From contig OX597814.1 in assembly GCA_951406725.2 (NCBI GenBank), positions 128,402,001-128,466,000 on the forward strand: 64,000 nucleotides of DNA, written 5' to 3'. This document shows positions 1 to 12,159 of this stretch, piece by piece. The notes below the pieces were generated by a model. The model did not search any database. It worked only from the letters and a program-made list of their open reading frames with translations, and was not told the origin of the DNA. Positions within the stretch are counted from its first letter, which is position 1. Each line of letters starts with the position of its first letter. Made by a program: the position numbers and the translations under genes. Origin of the DNA: Octopus vulgaris (Eukaryota).

Positions 1-147
1 ATGGTGGTGACCCCTGTTGTACTCTTTCGCCACAACTTTCTCTCACTCTCTCTTCCTGTTTCTTGAGTAACGCTGCAATGAACTGGCGTCCCGTCCAGCT
101 GGTGGGAAACACATACGCCACAGAAACCGGGAAACCGGGCCCATGAG
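1..147 (+). mobile_element. 3' part of a SINE with a V/Nin-domain-like segment
   Basis: ctgcaatgaactggcgtcccgtccag...acagaaaccggga resembles conserved SINE central domains (from memory). Confidence 0.4.
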
Positions 148-716
148 GTGCCGCACTACCTTAATCCGGGGCCTTGCAATTTAACCCTTACCTAGCGAAT
201 CAATAACCAAGAGCAAAATAATCCCAACGATAACCATGCCCACATTGGAGAGGAGAGGACGGAGTGCAGGTGGGGTGCATTTAAGTGGCCTATTATCCAA
301 TGTATCATTACCTTATTCAAGATTGAGAGAAACTTAGCTGTTACTTCAGGAGTGATCGTACAGCAGCAGCAGTAGTAGTGGTGGTGGTGGTAGTGGTGGT
401 GATGGGAGAAGAAGAAACAGAGGAACTAGTAGTAGTAGTTTGTGAAGAAGTTACTGTTTATCTATTTGTTTATTATATCAGTGCGTGCGTGCGTGCGTCC
501 GTGCGCGCGTGTGTATGTACGTGTGTCTGTCCGTTTTTGACCTACAAATGTTTATTTCTCAAGATCCATTATTACATTGATAGCTTTTTTCCTGTCAACA
601 ATAGCGGGATTGGAGGATGGGAAGTGGATTGTAAGAGAAGCTTAAGTTGACAAACGCTTCATTTATTGCGGTAGGTGACATCAAACTAACCGGACTTATT
701 GCATCGTTGTCACAGG

Positions 717-737
717 ATGGAGAGCAACACAACAGAG
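717..737 (+). CDS. Putative first coding exon of the GPCR (MESNTTE), phase-0 donor
   Basis: Good Kozak context cacAggATGG. ATG GAG AGC AAC ACA ACA GAG is followed by the donor G|GTAAGA at 738. It encodes an N-glycosylation sequon (NTT), and its phase matches the acceptor at 11010. Confidence 0.65.
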
Positions 738-873
738 GTAAGAGAATTTTTTTCTTTATATACTTTTACAGTTTTACATGAAACACTAACACTGAATTTG
801 GTTTTAGTCTTTAAAAACCAGTATAGCTAGTCTATCTCTTTATATTTACAACGTACATACATACATTTATGAG

Positions 874-880
<7 letters not shown>

Positions 881-940
<60 letters not shown>

Positions 941-1456
941 GTATATATAATATATAATATATATATATGCATACATATATATACATATACACACACAGAT
1001 ATATATGTGTGTATATACACACATATATATATATATGCATGTATTTATGATATATATGTATGCATGCTTGTATGCATGTACATGTATGTGTGCATGCATA
1101 TATGTATACATACATATATATATAAATATATATGTGCGTGTATATGTATAAATATATATACATACACACACACGCTCATACGTATGTATGTACGTTACAT
1201 GCATATAGTATGTATACATGCATGTATGTATGTATGTATGTATGTATGTATGTATGCATGCATGCATGCATACATGCATGTATGTATGTATGTATGTATG
1301 TATGTATGTATGTATGTATGTATGCATGTATGAATGTATGTATGTATGTATGTATGTATGTATGTATGTATGTATGTATGTATGTATGTATGTATGTATG
1401 TATGTATGTATGTATGTATGTGTGTGTGTATGTATGTATGTATGAATGTATGTATG
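881..1456. repeat. (TA)n / (TATG)n microsatellite block
   Basis: Direct inspection. Confidence 0.95.
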
Positions 1457-1573
1457 TTTACTTTTTTCCAATAGCTTCATGCATGCCATTTATGTTATAT
1501 TTGCTGTTTAGTCCCAGATCAGTCCTGATGACTGAGTGGACCCAAGATGAAAAGCACAACCATCCAGATTTTT

Positions 1574-1664
<91 letters not shown>

Positions 1665-1825
1665 TAGGAGCAGGCACGTCCGTGTGGTAAGAAACTTCCT
1701 TCCCACCCACATGTTTCCGAGGTGTCTTCTACTATAGCGAGCCGACGAAAGCCTTGTTGGTAGATTTGGTAGGCTGAAACTGAAACTGAAAGAAGCCCGT
1801 CGTGTGTATATATATATATATATAT

Positions 1826-2332
1826 TATATAAAATCTGTTCTGTCTGTCTGTGTGTGTGTCTTCTAGGATCTTGGACATCCTCCATCTGATTGCGCTCAT
1901 TGATAGCTTTTTGATATGTAGATACTGGCGGTATCAGGGCGTGTATAAGCCTTGAAAAAATTACAAAAATCGATTCCAGGTGAGAATGCGATCGATAAAG
2001 CCGTGGGAACGTGCATTTGTACGCGCAAGTACATCAGCTGTTGCGATCGATACTACGCGAACTTAATAAAAATGCACGTGCAGTTTGCGCAAAAAGAAAG
2101 CCGGCTGGTTTGAAATAATGCCACAAAATGCAGTATATTTAAGAAACCAAAAATGTAAGATGCAAAAGAGATATTTTCTTCAAAGTTGGCATGAAGAAAG
2201 GAAAGACTATTTGGTTTCTCAAGAAGTTTTTTTTTGCCTTAACTTTGTTTAACAAAACCAAAAATTTTATTGAAATAAAGGCAAGCTTAATTATTTTTTA
2301 ATGAAAAGAAAACACTGATTGCTTTTTATTCA
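1826..2332 (+). mobile_element. Helitron-like family D, 5' fragment
   Basis: tatataaaatctgttctgtctgtc start; ~500 bp homologous to 51363-51860. Confidence 0.6.
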
Positions 2333-3933
2333 GCAGATATGATTCGTGTGTGTGTGTGTGTGTGTGTGTGTGGTGTCGTTGTGTGTGTTTGTCCCACCAC
2401 TATGACTTGACAACAGGTGTTGATGTCTTTACGTGCCCATAACATAGTGGTTCGGTAAAAGTCATCGATATAATAATTACCAGATTAAAAATAAACGTAC
2501 GTGGCGGTGGGGGCCTATTTCTTAGACTAGAATTCTTCAAGGTGTTGCCCCAGTATGGCCGCAGTCTTTTGACCGAAACAAATAAACGATAAGAGAATAA
2601 AAGATTGCACGATGTATTTTTTAATGCATTCTATGCATTTTTTAAGGCGACAGGGATGTGATTTGAGGGTGATTTGGCTCCCATTTCTAAGTAGCTTGAG
2701 CAGCGTGCAACTCAATGTCCCTGAGGAATGTGCAACATTGTCGTCATTGGATGCAGAACTGCGTTTGTATGCTACATCTGTTTTGCTTTGTGTTGTTATT
2801 GATGGTGGTGGTGGGATTGCTTTGGCGTTTCTGGTGTCCCTTTAGTGTTTTGTTTGTTGGCCTTGTAGACTATATGTTGTGTCGTTTTGTCGAATGATGA
2901 TTTGAATTTTGTATGTGTTGTGCGTTGTGCTATGTGTTTTAGTGTCAGGTGTTGACTATGGTGAATATTTTACTGTACGAATTGTGTTTATATTATTAAG
3001 TGGAAATAAGGCGAGCAGTCGACAGAATCGTTTGCACGCCGAACAAAATGCTTAGTGGCATATTGTCCTTGCGTTCTGAGTTCAAATTCCGCCGAGGTCG
3101 ACTTTGCCTTTCATCCTTTCGGTGCTGATAAAATAAGTACCAGTTGAGTTCTGGGTTCGATATAATCAACCAGCCCTCCCACCAAAATTCAAGGCTTTGT
3201 GCCTGTAGTTGAAAGAATAAAGTAACAGTTGCATAGCGCGCAATAAGACCGGAGGAGAAATAATAATTGAGTACAAAAATGCATAAGAATATAGCAAATA
3301 TGATATATAACCTTGATAACCTTAAACATATATTAAAAAAAATAAAATAAAATAATATATCTATCCAGACTAACAAGGAGATCCCAACGTACCGTCCGGG
3401 AACTATTTTCAAAAAAAAAGAATGACAATCTATGTACTCGGGTTGGTAATCCGATATCTTTTGACCAAATCACATCCTAAGCAAGACCCGTTTAATTTAA
3501 TAGTACAGCTCACACAGTACATATTCTAAACAATTACCACCCGATAATAATACAACCCTCACAGTACATACATAAACACATTTAGTATCCAATAAAATCA
3601 TTCTACAGATATTTTTACATAATCGACAATAACACATCCTACACGCAAACAACTCTTTTCTGAGGGTTATATTCTGAGCTATTTTAAGGGTTGTATGTAA
3701 TGTTGTAAACCTTAGTATATTTTGTTTAATATACTTATCTTTATACATATATGTGTGTATGTGTGTGTGCGTGTGTGTGTGCGTGTGCTGTGTGTGCGTG
3801 CGTGTGAGAAATAATTAAGATTCAGTTGAATAAGGTATTCAAGTTGAGGCACCAAGTCAGTCTGGTATTATCCGCACAGCTCGAAGTAAGATGAATAAAA
3901 AGCAAATAATTAATAAGAATGTCAAGATATTAG

Positions 3934-4020
3934 TGCATTACGGCCGTCTCAGGCGGCTCCATTTAATCAAACAATGCAAGCTTTACTTCAATTTGAAATA
4001 CACCGCCATCTTCGGATGCA
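3934..4020 (-). ncRNA. Variant or degenerate type I hammerhead ribozyme
   Basis: Minus strand: UGCAU-CCGAAGA-U-GGCGG-(46 nt)-CCGCC-U-GAGAC-GGCC-GUA^-AUGCA. Stems are perfect, stem III is palindromic (ACGGCCGU), and the core has two substitutions. Confidence 0.65.
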
Positions 4021-4546
4021 AAAATATAGGTTTTCAACATACAGGATACTGTATAATTTTCATTCTCTAGTTCTGATGAAATATTTGCTGAAATGTGGTT
4101 GGTAAGCAAACTACTTACAACACAGCCACGCATGCGCCTATGGTCACGCCTGCGCCAATGGCCACGCCTGCGCCTATGGCCACGCCTGCGCCTATAGTCA
4201 CGCCTATGTGTATATATATAATATAATATGATATATAATATAATATAATATAATATAATATAATATAATATAAATGATATATAAATATATGCATACATAT
4301 ATGTACATACCTACATATATATGTATATATACATGCATATATGGTTACAGGACATGAATAAAACGTGGACAGAATGAGAAACGAGAACATAAAAAACAAA
4401 AACATAGGAAACGAATTTTTTTTTCGAACAACGAAAACAATAAATAAATAGAGATCGAGACATGCAACATAAAGAACATTCCCTTCTTCAGTTGTCCCCT
4501 GTTTTATCTACTCCGCGTTTCGAAGGTAAAGAATACTGTATATACA

Positions 4547-5034
4547 CAGTAATGCCTCGATACACGGGTTAATTCGTTCCAGAACTCGCTCGTGGAGCGA
4601 AAACTCGTAAAGCAAAGCACTAACTTTCCATAATAGCAATATTAAGAATCGTAATTCGTACAGCAGCAGAATGTAAAGAATATTTTATGTAAAGTAAGAA
4701 GGATGTCAAGATCATTTATAATAAAAGACATTATTGTTATAATCGTTATTATTATTATAATAATCTAAATCACTTTCATTCGCATTAGACTCGCGCACAC
4801 CATCCCGATCGCCGATTTATAAGCACTCGTAGACGGACTTGTAGATGCTTAAAAAAACAAGTCTAACTTTGTTTGCTGAGAAGAATCTTTTTTTCGCTTT
4901 CTATAAATTTCTCAGTAACACGCAGAAGCATTTCTTATGGTAGTAGAAACTTTTGTACTTCGTTCAAAATTTGGATCTTGTGCTTGAAAAATAAAACTCG
5001 TAAAGCCGGTCCTCGTAAAGTGAGGTGTTACTCT
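4547..5034. mobile_element. Tigger/pogo-like MITE
   Basis: Ends cagtaatgcctcga / tgaggtgttactc with subterminal aaaactcgtaaagc repeats at both ends. Confidence 0.55.
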
Positions 5035-5261
5035 ACTCATTTTAGTCATTAGACTGCAGCCATGTTAGAACAACGCCTTGAAGAATTTTTAGTCGAATGA
5101 ATCGACCCCAGTAGTTATTAATTTTTTTTTAAGCCTGGGATTTATTCTATCGGTCTCTTTTGCTGAAGCGCTAATTTACGGGGACGTAAACACACCAACA
5201 CCGGTTGTCAAGCGGCGATGGGAGACAAGCACAGACATACACACACGTGTATATATATATC

Positions 5262-5404
5262 CATCCTGCACCTATATTAGAAAACGGCAGCGGCGGCAGT
5301 GGCAACGGTGGTGGCAGCAGCGGCAGTGGTGGCTGCAGCGGCGGCGGTGGTAGTTGTGGCGGCGGCAGCAGTAGCAGCGGCAACCGCGCGGTAGCTCTTG
5401 ATAC
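5262..5404 (+). repeat. GC-rich (GGC/AGC) module duplicated at 7177-7314
   Basis: Shared unique flanks ccatcctgcacctat.ttagaaa...cgcggtagctcttgatac. Confidence 0.85.
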
Positions 5405-5607
5405 TAATTGATAATTGATACTAATTGTTATATATATATATATACTTGATACTAATTGTTATATATATATATATATATAACAAAGTGAAGTTGTAAGGTA
5501 CCGCACGAGTGGAAATATAATATGAAAGAAGGTTTGAAAATGCAAAACATCTTTAAAATTGCATTTTCAAACCTTCTTTCATATATATATATATTTCATA
5601 CATATGT

Positions 5608-5639
<32 letters not shown>

Positions 5640-6118
5640 ATGGGCTCCTTTCAGTTTCCATCTACCAAATCCACTCACAAGGCTTTGGTCAGCCCAAGGC
5701 TAAAATAGAAGATACTGGTCCAATGTGCCACGCAGTGGAAATGAACCCGGAACCATGTTGATGGAGAGCAAGCTTCTTACCACACAGCCATGCCTGCGCT
5801 AGCGTTCTATATTTCGTAAAGATATTTGTTCACATTCATTATCATACCTTACGTCCAATCACTATTGTCACTGTTTTAAATCTCACGCCTCACATCCTGT
5901 TTATTTTCATATCAAAAGCTTTGTGTTTTTTTATAGTTTCTCGACTTCCTCAACGATCATGTTTTTTTTTTTTTTATATTTTATCAGAATATAAAGATCA
6001 TCTTTTCTGATTTCAATAATTATATCTGGTTAAGCATGTCTCAAGTTATCGCAACCAGATTATTGTTATATACCGTATTTTATATACTTATCCATTTCCT
6101 TTGAGTTTATTTATTTCA

Positions 6119-6511
6119 CTAGCAGTATCGCCCGGCGTTGCTCGGGTTTGTTTCGACCCTTTAGAATTGGAATTTTTGAAAAGTAAACATTTTACATTAT
6201 GTAACTTGTTATTCTCTTTAAGTGAACATTTTTCTGATTGAAATACACCGAAAGATGGCGACACAGCAGTCAAAAAATCGTTAAAAAATAGGGATTTTCA
6301 TAGAAAAAAAGCACCTCTTTGGTGTAAATAATTTTTGGTGTTAACATGGTCCGATTTGAATTTTATCTTCTACGGAATGAAGGCCAAGCCTTCTTCTATC
6401 ATACTCTCAATTTTGGTCAACTTGCACCGCAGGGTCTCGGAGGAGATAGTGTTAGTTGAAGGCTACCAAACCTGCCATACACAGACAACTTCAGCTTTAT
6501 ATAGAGAGAGA
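6119..6511 (-). mobile_element. Non-autonomous Helitron, family A
   Basis: 5' TC, 3' hairpin cccgagcaacgccggg plus CTAG; homologous to the copies at 16109, 56194 and 59730. Confidence 0.8.
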
Positions 6512-7828
6512 TTTGTCTTATTTTCATCGCGTGCTCTCACGATGCATTTAGTAACTTAGTTTTTAGTTACGGTTTTATCTGCAAGTCTCGAATCATTCTC
6601 AAGCATCTTTCTAATAGGGATTCCTTCAGTTTTCAGTCACCACATTCAAATTATTTCTATTTCCAGTACTAGGTATATGGATTATTGATCCATTTCTTTT
6701 AGAAATAAATTATCACCTGCTTAGGATCAATACTCCAATTAAGAGCCTAGGCCTTTCTTGATGGTCATTGACAATATTAACCGGCTGATTAGCTATGATT
6801 TCTACGTCTGTGGGAATTGGCGTATCCTAAAGTACGGAGTCTTTGTCATTCTCTGAGATGTATGTACAAACCACCTCGTTTATGTTGGCATATATAATGC
6901 TGGCATAATTTCTAGTGTACGAAAGCCTTAATTATATAATCTCTCTTGATGTGTTTCTATCTTGGCTAAGAGTAGCTAATTGTTTCTTATCAACTTCATT
7001 TAGCAGACTTCTTAGAGCTTTGGACAAAATGCCTCGTGGAATTCAGTAACAGATCAGCGTTCCGAGTTCAAATCTCACCGAGATCATCTTTGCTTGTCAG
7101 TCATCTGGTGTCGATAAAATAAAGTACCAGTCAAGAACTAGGGACGATCCAACTGACTAATACCTTTCCTAGCCTTCCATCCTGCACCTATGTTAGAAAT
7201 CGGCAGCGGCGGCAATAGCAGCGGTGGTGGCAGCAGCGGCAGTGGTGGCGGCAGCGGCGGCGATGGTAGTTGTGGCGGCGACAGTAGTAGCAAACTCGCG
7301 GTAGCTCTTGATACAGATTTTTGTATATGTAATTTTTGCTGTTTGGGATGTAATTGTTGTTTAGGACTAAGTCAGTCCTGAATAGGAAGATCTTTGGTGA
7401 AAAGTGGTTCCGTCGTGACCCTCTCATCTTTTGGCATATTTAACATTTCCTTTTTTTTTAATCTTTTTTTTAAGTCGGTAAGTTTTAATTTGAGGGATTT
7501 TGGCCGCTGTTTCTAACGGGTCATGTTACCACACAGCGGTCTCCTCGTTCGGTGGTGAGGTTTTATTTATACATTTTCCTGTATCGTTTCCAATGAAGAG
7601 TACACAAATACCCCGTATCATTTTCGACCTCAACAATGCAATGAAGCAGTGATTTGTCGGTTGAACCCCAACCTCTTAAAGTTCAAAGGTTCAATACGGC
7701 TATCTATTGTTCACGAGTGCATTCAATACAAAAATAGGCATACATGCGTGCGTGCATACACATATGATACAAGCACATTGTAGTAGTCCCATGTTGAAGC
7801 GGAGTGTAACTGTAAAATATTTATGTAA

Positions 7829-7999
7829 GACGTAGGAGTGGTTGCGTGGTAAGTAGCTTGCTTACTAACCACATGGTTCCGGGTTCAGTCCCACTGCGTG
7901 GCACCTTGGGCAAGTGTCTTCTACTATAGCCTCAGGCCGATCAAAGCCTTGTGAGTAGATTTGGTAGACGGAAACTGAAAGAAGCCCGTCGTATATATG

Positions 8000-8043
<44 letters not shown>

Positions 8044-8222
8044 TCCCCCTAAAATCGCTTGACAACCGATGCTGGTATGTTTACGTCCCCGTAACTTAGC
8101 GGTTCGGCAAAAGAGATTAATAGAATAAGTACTAGGCTTACAAAGAATAAGTCCTGGGGTCGATTTGTTCGACTAAAGGCATGGCCACAGTCAAATGATT
8201 GAAACAAGTAAAAGAGTAAAAG
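7829..8222 (+). mobile_element. tRNA-derived SINE family 1 (full length). Other copies at ~20800-21126(-), 23712-24096(-), 40272-40673(-), 42087-42487(+), 48893-49272(-), 56756-57175(-), plus many fragments
   Basis: A-box-like tgg(c/t)tg(t/c)gtgg, B-box ggttcagtccc, internal (TA)n(TG)n, tail aagtaaaagagtaaaag; many near-identical copies. Confidence 0.88.
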
Positions 8223-9721
8223 CGTATGGAAACACAATCTTTTCGATCCCATTTAATCTGTTTCTCTTTGATTCGTGTCGCATAGGGTATAAAATGTGGC
8301 CTTTTATTTAGATTTTCATAATTTTTAACGAGCACCGATATATTTATTCCAAGAAACGCGAACGCTTCATCCTATCAGGGTTGATGAAATTGCCAGCGTC
8401 GAACCTTAATTTGAAACCATTGTATCAGATACCAGAATATTAGATACCGATCATTCTAGCCAACGACCCTTTTACGATGTACAAGACACTCCATATCCGG
8501 TATTCAGATAACCAGAACTTTCAATTAACTGGCATTCAGAAATGTGCGCGCGTTGCTTTCGTAATGTATATTTTGTTGGAAAGAAAATCTATGAATTGTT
8601 AATTAAGGTAAAGAGAGATTTTGCGTTGTGTCAGTTTGGTATCAGTAAAAGAAAGCAAGTTTCTGCTGCATCTAAAATGGATTACTGCTTCTCAAAGAAT
8701 AGCATTTTGATTTATGTTACTGCATTTACAGTACCTCCATTTATTAGGTTAATAAAATTTGTTCTTTATTTAAATACTCTTTTATTTCTTCATATTACTA
8801 TAATATTCACTATATTTGGTTTCAAATTTTGACACAAGACCAGTAACTTCAGGGTTGGGGGGTAAGTCGATTGCATCGACCCCAGTGTACAACTGGTACT
8901 TATTTTACCGACCCCGAAAGGGTGAAAAGCAAAGCCGACCTCGGTGGAATTTGAACTCAGGACATCAAAACGGACGAAATGACGCTAAGCATTTTGCCCG
9001 GAGCAGTAACGATTCTACCAGCTCCACTGCCTTATCATTAAGAATACTAACAATAATACTGGTGCATATAGAGAGTCTTAATGAGCTTTGTAAGATAATA
9101 TGGTAATTTAAAGAGCGATGGATAGATATCCTGAAAATCCACTCTCTCTCTCTCTCTCCTATCACTTTTCATGGGAGACAACTCTCCATCTCCTGGCTTC
9201 GTCATTCCGTTCGATATCCCTTCATTTCTCTAGGTACAAGATGCTACTTAGAAAGACGCAGATCTTCTCAAGCCTATTATAACATCAAGGGTTAGCAAAT
9301 AAACATTAGTCCTGCTTCAATGTTAATGCTTCCAGACATGCAAAGAGCAGAGCAGACAATAACACGTCTTAGCCCCTATTTGTTCCCAGGTGTACTCTGA
9401 TCCGGAGTAGTACCACCTGTCAGGATTCCAGCTATGGCTTAACTAGTAACGTATTGACAAACTGGGAATGAAGTTGTCAATACATCTCCTCAGAATTTCC
9501 TGCTAGGAGCAGGTAAACTCATATATAAAAAAAACCCTGATGTAATTGCTGATTGTACCGAAAAGTGTGTCCAGTGGGGTGCAACACTTTATACACTGAA
9601 AACAAATTCTTGCACATGAACTTCTTGGACACTTGATTGTAAGAAGTGATCTTATTCGGTTGCGAGTTAACATTCACGTTACATACATACATACATGCAT
9701 ACATACACGCACAGACGTACG

Positions 9722-9755
<34 letters not shown>

Positions 9756-9927
9756 TACATACATACATAACTACATACGTATGTACGTACGCCCGTATAT
9801 ATGTACGATGTATGTATGCATGTATGTATGTATGTGATTGTATATACGTGTGTGCCAATATCATCATCATCACCACCACCACCACCACCACCACCACCAT
9901 CACCATCACCATCATCATTATTATTTA

Positions 9928-10121
9928 GGCAGCAAGCTGGCAGAGTCGTTAGCATGCCGGGCGAAATGCTTAGCAGTATTTCATCTGCCGCTACGTTCTG
10001 AGTTCAAATTCCGCCGAGGTCGACTTTGCCTTTCATCTTTTCGGTATCGACGTAATCAACTAGTTCCCTCCTCCAAAATTTCAAGGCCTTGTGTCTTAAG
10101 CAGAAAGAATTATTATCATCA

Positions 10122-10159
<38 letters not shown>

Positions 10160-10622
10160 GAGGCACAGAACTGGCAGAATCGTTAGTACGCCGGGTGAAA
10201 TGTTTAGCGGCATTTCGTCCGTCGCTACGTTCTATGTTCAAATGCCGCCAAGGTCGACTTTGCTTTTCATCCTTTCGGGGTCGAAAATTAAGTACCAGTT
10301 GAACAATAGGGTCGATATAATCGACCAACCCCTTCCTCTAAAATTGCTGCCCTTGTGACAAAATTTGAAACTATTATTATTATTGTTGATGTTATTAAGG
10401 TGGCGAGCTGTCAAAATCGTTATCGCACCAGCAAAAAATGTTTAGCGTTATTCCTTCCAACCTTACGTTCTGAGTTCAATTACTGAGGTCGACTTTCCCT
10501 ATCATTCCTTTCTGGGTTTATAAAATAAGCACCAGGTGATCACTGGGATCGATATAATCGACTATTCCCCTCCCCCAAATTACCACGCCTTCTGCCTATA
10601 GTAGAAAGGATTATTATTATTA
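9928..10622 (+). mobile_element. Three head-to-tail copies of tRNA-derived SINE family 2 (Meta-domain-like core). Other copies at ~3010-3215, 8815-9033(-), 19095-19300(-), 29258-29440(-), 31590-31786(-)
   Basis: Head ggcagcaagctggcagagtcgttag, B-box gagttcaaattc, core gaggtcgactttgcctttcatcctttcggggtcga, (TTA)n tails. Confidence 0.82.
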
Positions 10623-11010
10623 TTACGTTGACAAGAGGTGTTATCCTGAGGTTTGGTGATAAAAAGTCTCTCCAAATCTTAAAAATCTTTTTTTTTTAGA
10701 ATTCTTGCAAAATAAAGGTTCTGCTCATTGATTAAACATGTCTCAATTCCAAAATATCTAACAGTTTGATATTTCAAATCTTCAAGATCTAATCTTCCTA
10801 AACTTTTTTCATAAACATAGAATAATTTAGGAATCTATGAAATAAAGTTAAATTTCGTAAAACCATAAAAAATATATTGACCAATATACAGTTCTGTTTA
10901 TCTTTTTTTAAGGCCAACTTTTTATGTAACTGTTCCGTGTTGTGCTTTACGTATATTCTCGAATATGCTTCTGTACTATTTCGTTTACACATTTCCTTTT
11001 CTCATTTCAG

Positions 11011-12159
11011 TCGTTTCCGAATGTGTCAGACGTCGGTGAATATCTGGAAGGCCTTAGTGCTCAGTCGGCCAAACGAAATCTTCCTGTTATCTTATATTTG
11101 GCATTCTTGATGATCATTGGTATTTTTGGAAATTCCCTCGTTTTGTACGTCTACAGCTACCGCTTTAAGCGATCGTCTTCTGTATATTTTATCATATCTT
11201 TGGGAATATTTGACTTATTAGCTTGTGTTATTGCAATACCAGTAGAGATCTACGATATCCAGCATAAGTATACGTTTTACAGTCCAATTGCTTGCACTTT
11301 GGTACGGTACTGTGGTTCTTTTGTCCAGTATTCTTCTGTGTATCTTTTGGTTGGAGTAGCCATAGATCGCTACATCAAGATATGCTATCCTCTCAAAATG
11401 ATATCACCCAAAAAAATAAAATGGATGTGTGTCGGAGCAGCAATTGCTGGAGTGATTTCGTCGTCACCAACTTTTTTACTTTATGGCATAAAAAAAGAGA
11501 AAACTCCTCACCCAGACATTCACGGTGGTAATTGTTCTATTGCTCAAAAGTACTCCAGAACTCTCTTCGAAATGATATATTTTTTGCTGATGTCCGCAAC
11601 ATTTGTTGCTTGCGTGCTCTTGATGATAATTCTGTACAGTCTCATATGGTGTACTGTAAAACGTCGTCGTGGTTCGGTTATTGGCGATTCAGTGAGGAAA
11701 ACTAGTGAGACAGACAGCACCAAACGTATGTATTACAAAAAACAAACGAGTGTCAACAGTGACGATGACAACAATTCTGTCTTTCTACCAAACAACCACA
11801 GTAAATCGTCCAGCAAGCGACTTCGGAGAAGAATGAGTAGCGTTTCTGCTGTTTTGAAAAAAATCAAAGTTACCCGTACAACAGTTCTGCTCTTTGCTGT
11901 TACCCTTGCTTTTATTTTGAGTTACTTCCCATCAGTCGTTGCTATGGTTTATTTGAAGAAAATCCCTAAATACGAATTACTTTACACGTTTTTCGTTAAA
12001 TTTTCCTTCATGAATAACGCCATAAATCCTATAATTTATAGTTTTTTAAACGTAAACTTCCGAACCGAATGCAAGGAATTATTGAAAAGGTGTTACTGTG
12101 GCAAGATCAAACCTCCTTCAAGACAGACATCAATGGAAACAGAAGAAGACGTGAAATAA
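11011..12159 (+). CDS. Class A (rhodopsin-like) GPCR, peptide-receptor-like (CCK/orexin-receptor-like orphan), main coding exon
   Basis: Polypyrimidine tract plus CAG acceptor (tttccttttctcatttcag) ends at 11010, in frame with the ORF. Seven hydrophobic segments; TM1 GN, TM2 LGIFDLL, TM3 C...AIDRY, ECL2 Cys, TM6 SYFP, TM7 NPIIY, helix 8 NFR; stop TAA at 12157-12159. Confidence 0.93.
   Translation, partial: SFPNVSDVGEYLEGLSAQSAKRNLPVILYLAFLMIIGIFGNSLVLYVYSYRFKRSSSVYFIISLGIFDLLACVIAIPVEIYDIQHKYTFYSPIACTLVRYCGSFVQYSSVYLLVGVAIDRYIKICYPLKMISPKKIKWMCVGAAIAGVISSSPTFLLYGIKKEKTPHPDIHGGNCSIAQKYSRTLFEMIYFLLMSATFVACVLLMIILYSLIWCTVKRRRGSVIGDSVRKTSETDSTKRMYYKKQTSVNSDDDNNSVFLPNNHSKSSSKRLRRRMSSVSAVLKKIKVTRTTVLLFAVTLAFILSYFPSVVAMVYLKKIPKYELLYTFFVKFSFMNNAINPIIYSFLNVNFRTECKELLKRCYCGKIKPPSRQTSMETEEDVK

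Noticed and set aside
827-1900. Long ORFs rich in Y/I/H/T/M/V/C (also near 9.6 kb, 22 kb, 33.2 kb, 37-38 kb)
   Set aside because: Translations of (TA)n, (TATG)n and (CA)n microsatellites.
4478-4526. Minus-strand GAAACGCG...CTGAAGA as a permuted hammerhead
   Set aside because: Stem I cannot be formed; probably a Penelope-type fragment, but the fold is unsupported.
10942-11010. N-terminal 23 aa of the 405-aa ORF
   Set aside because: Non-ATG start running through a polypyrimidine tract and CAG acceptor; intronic.
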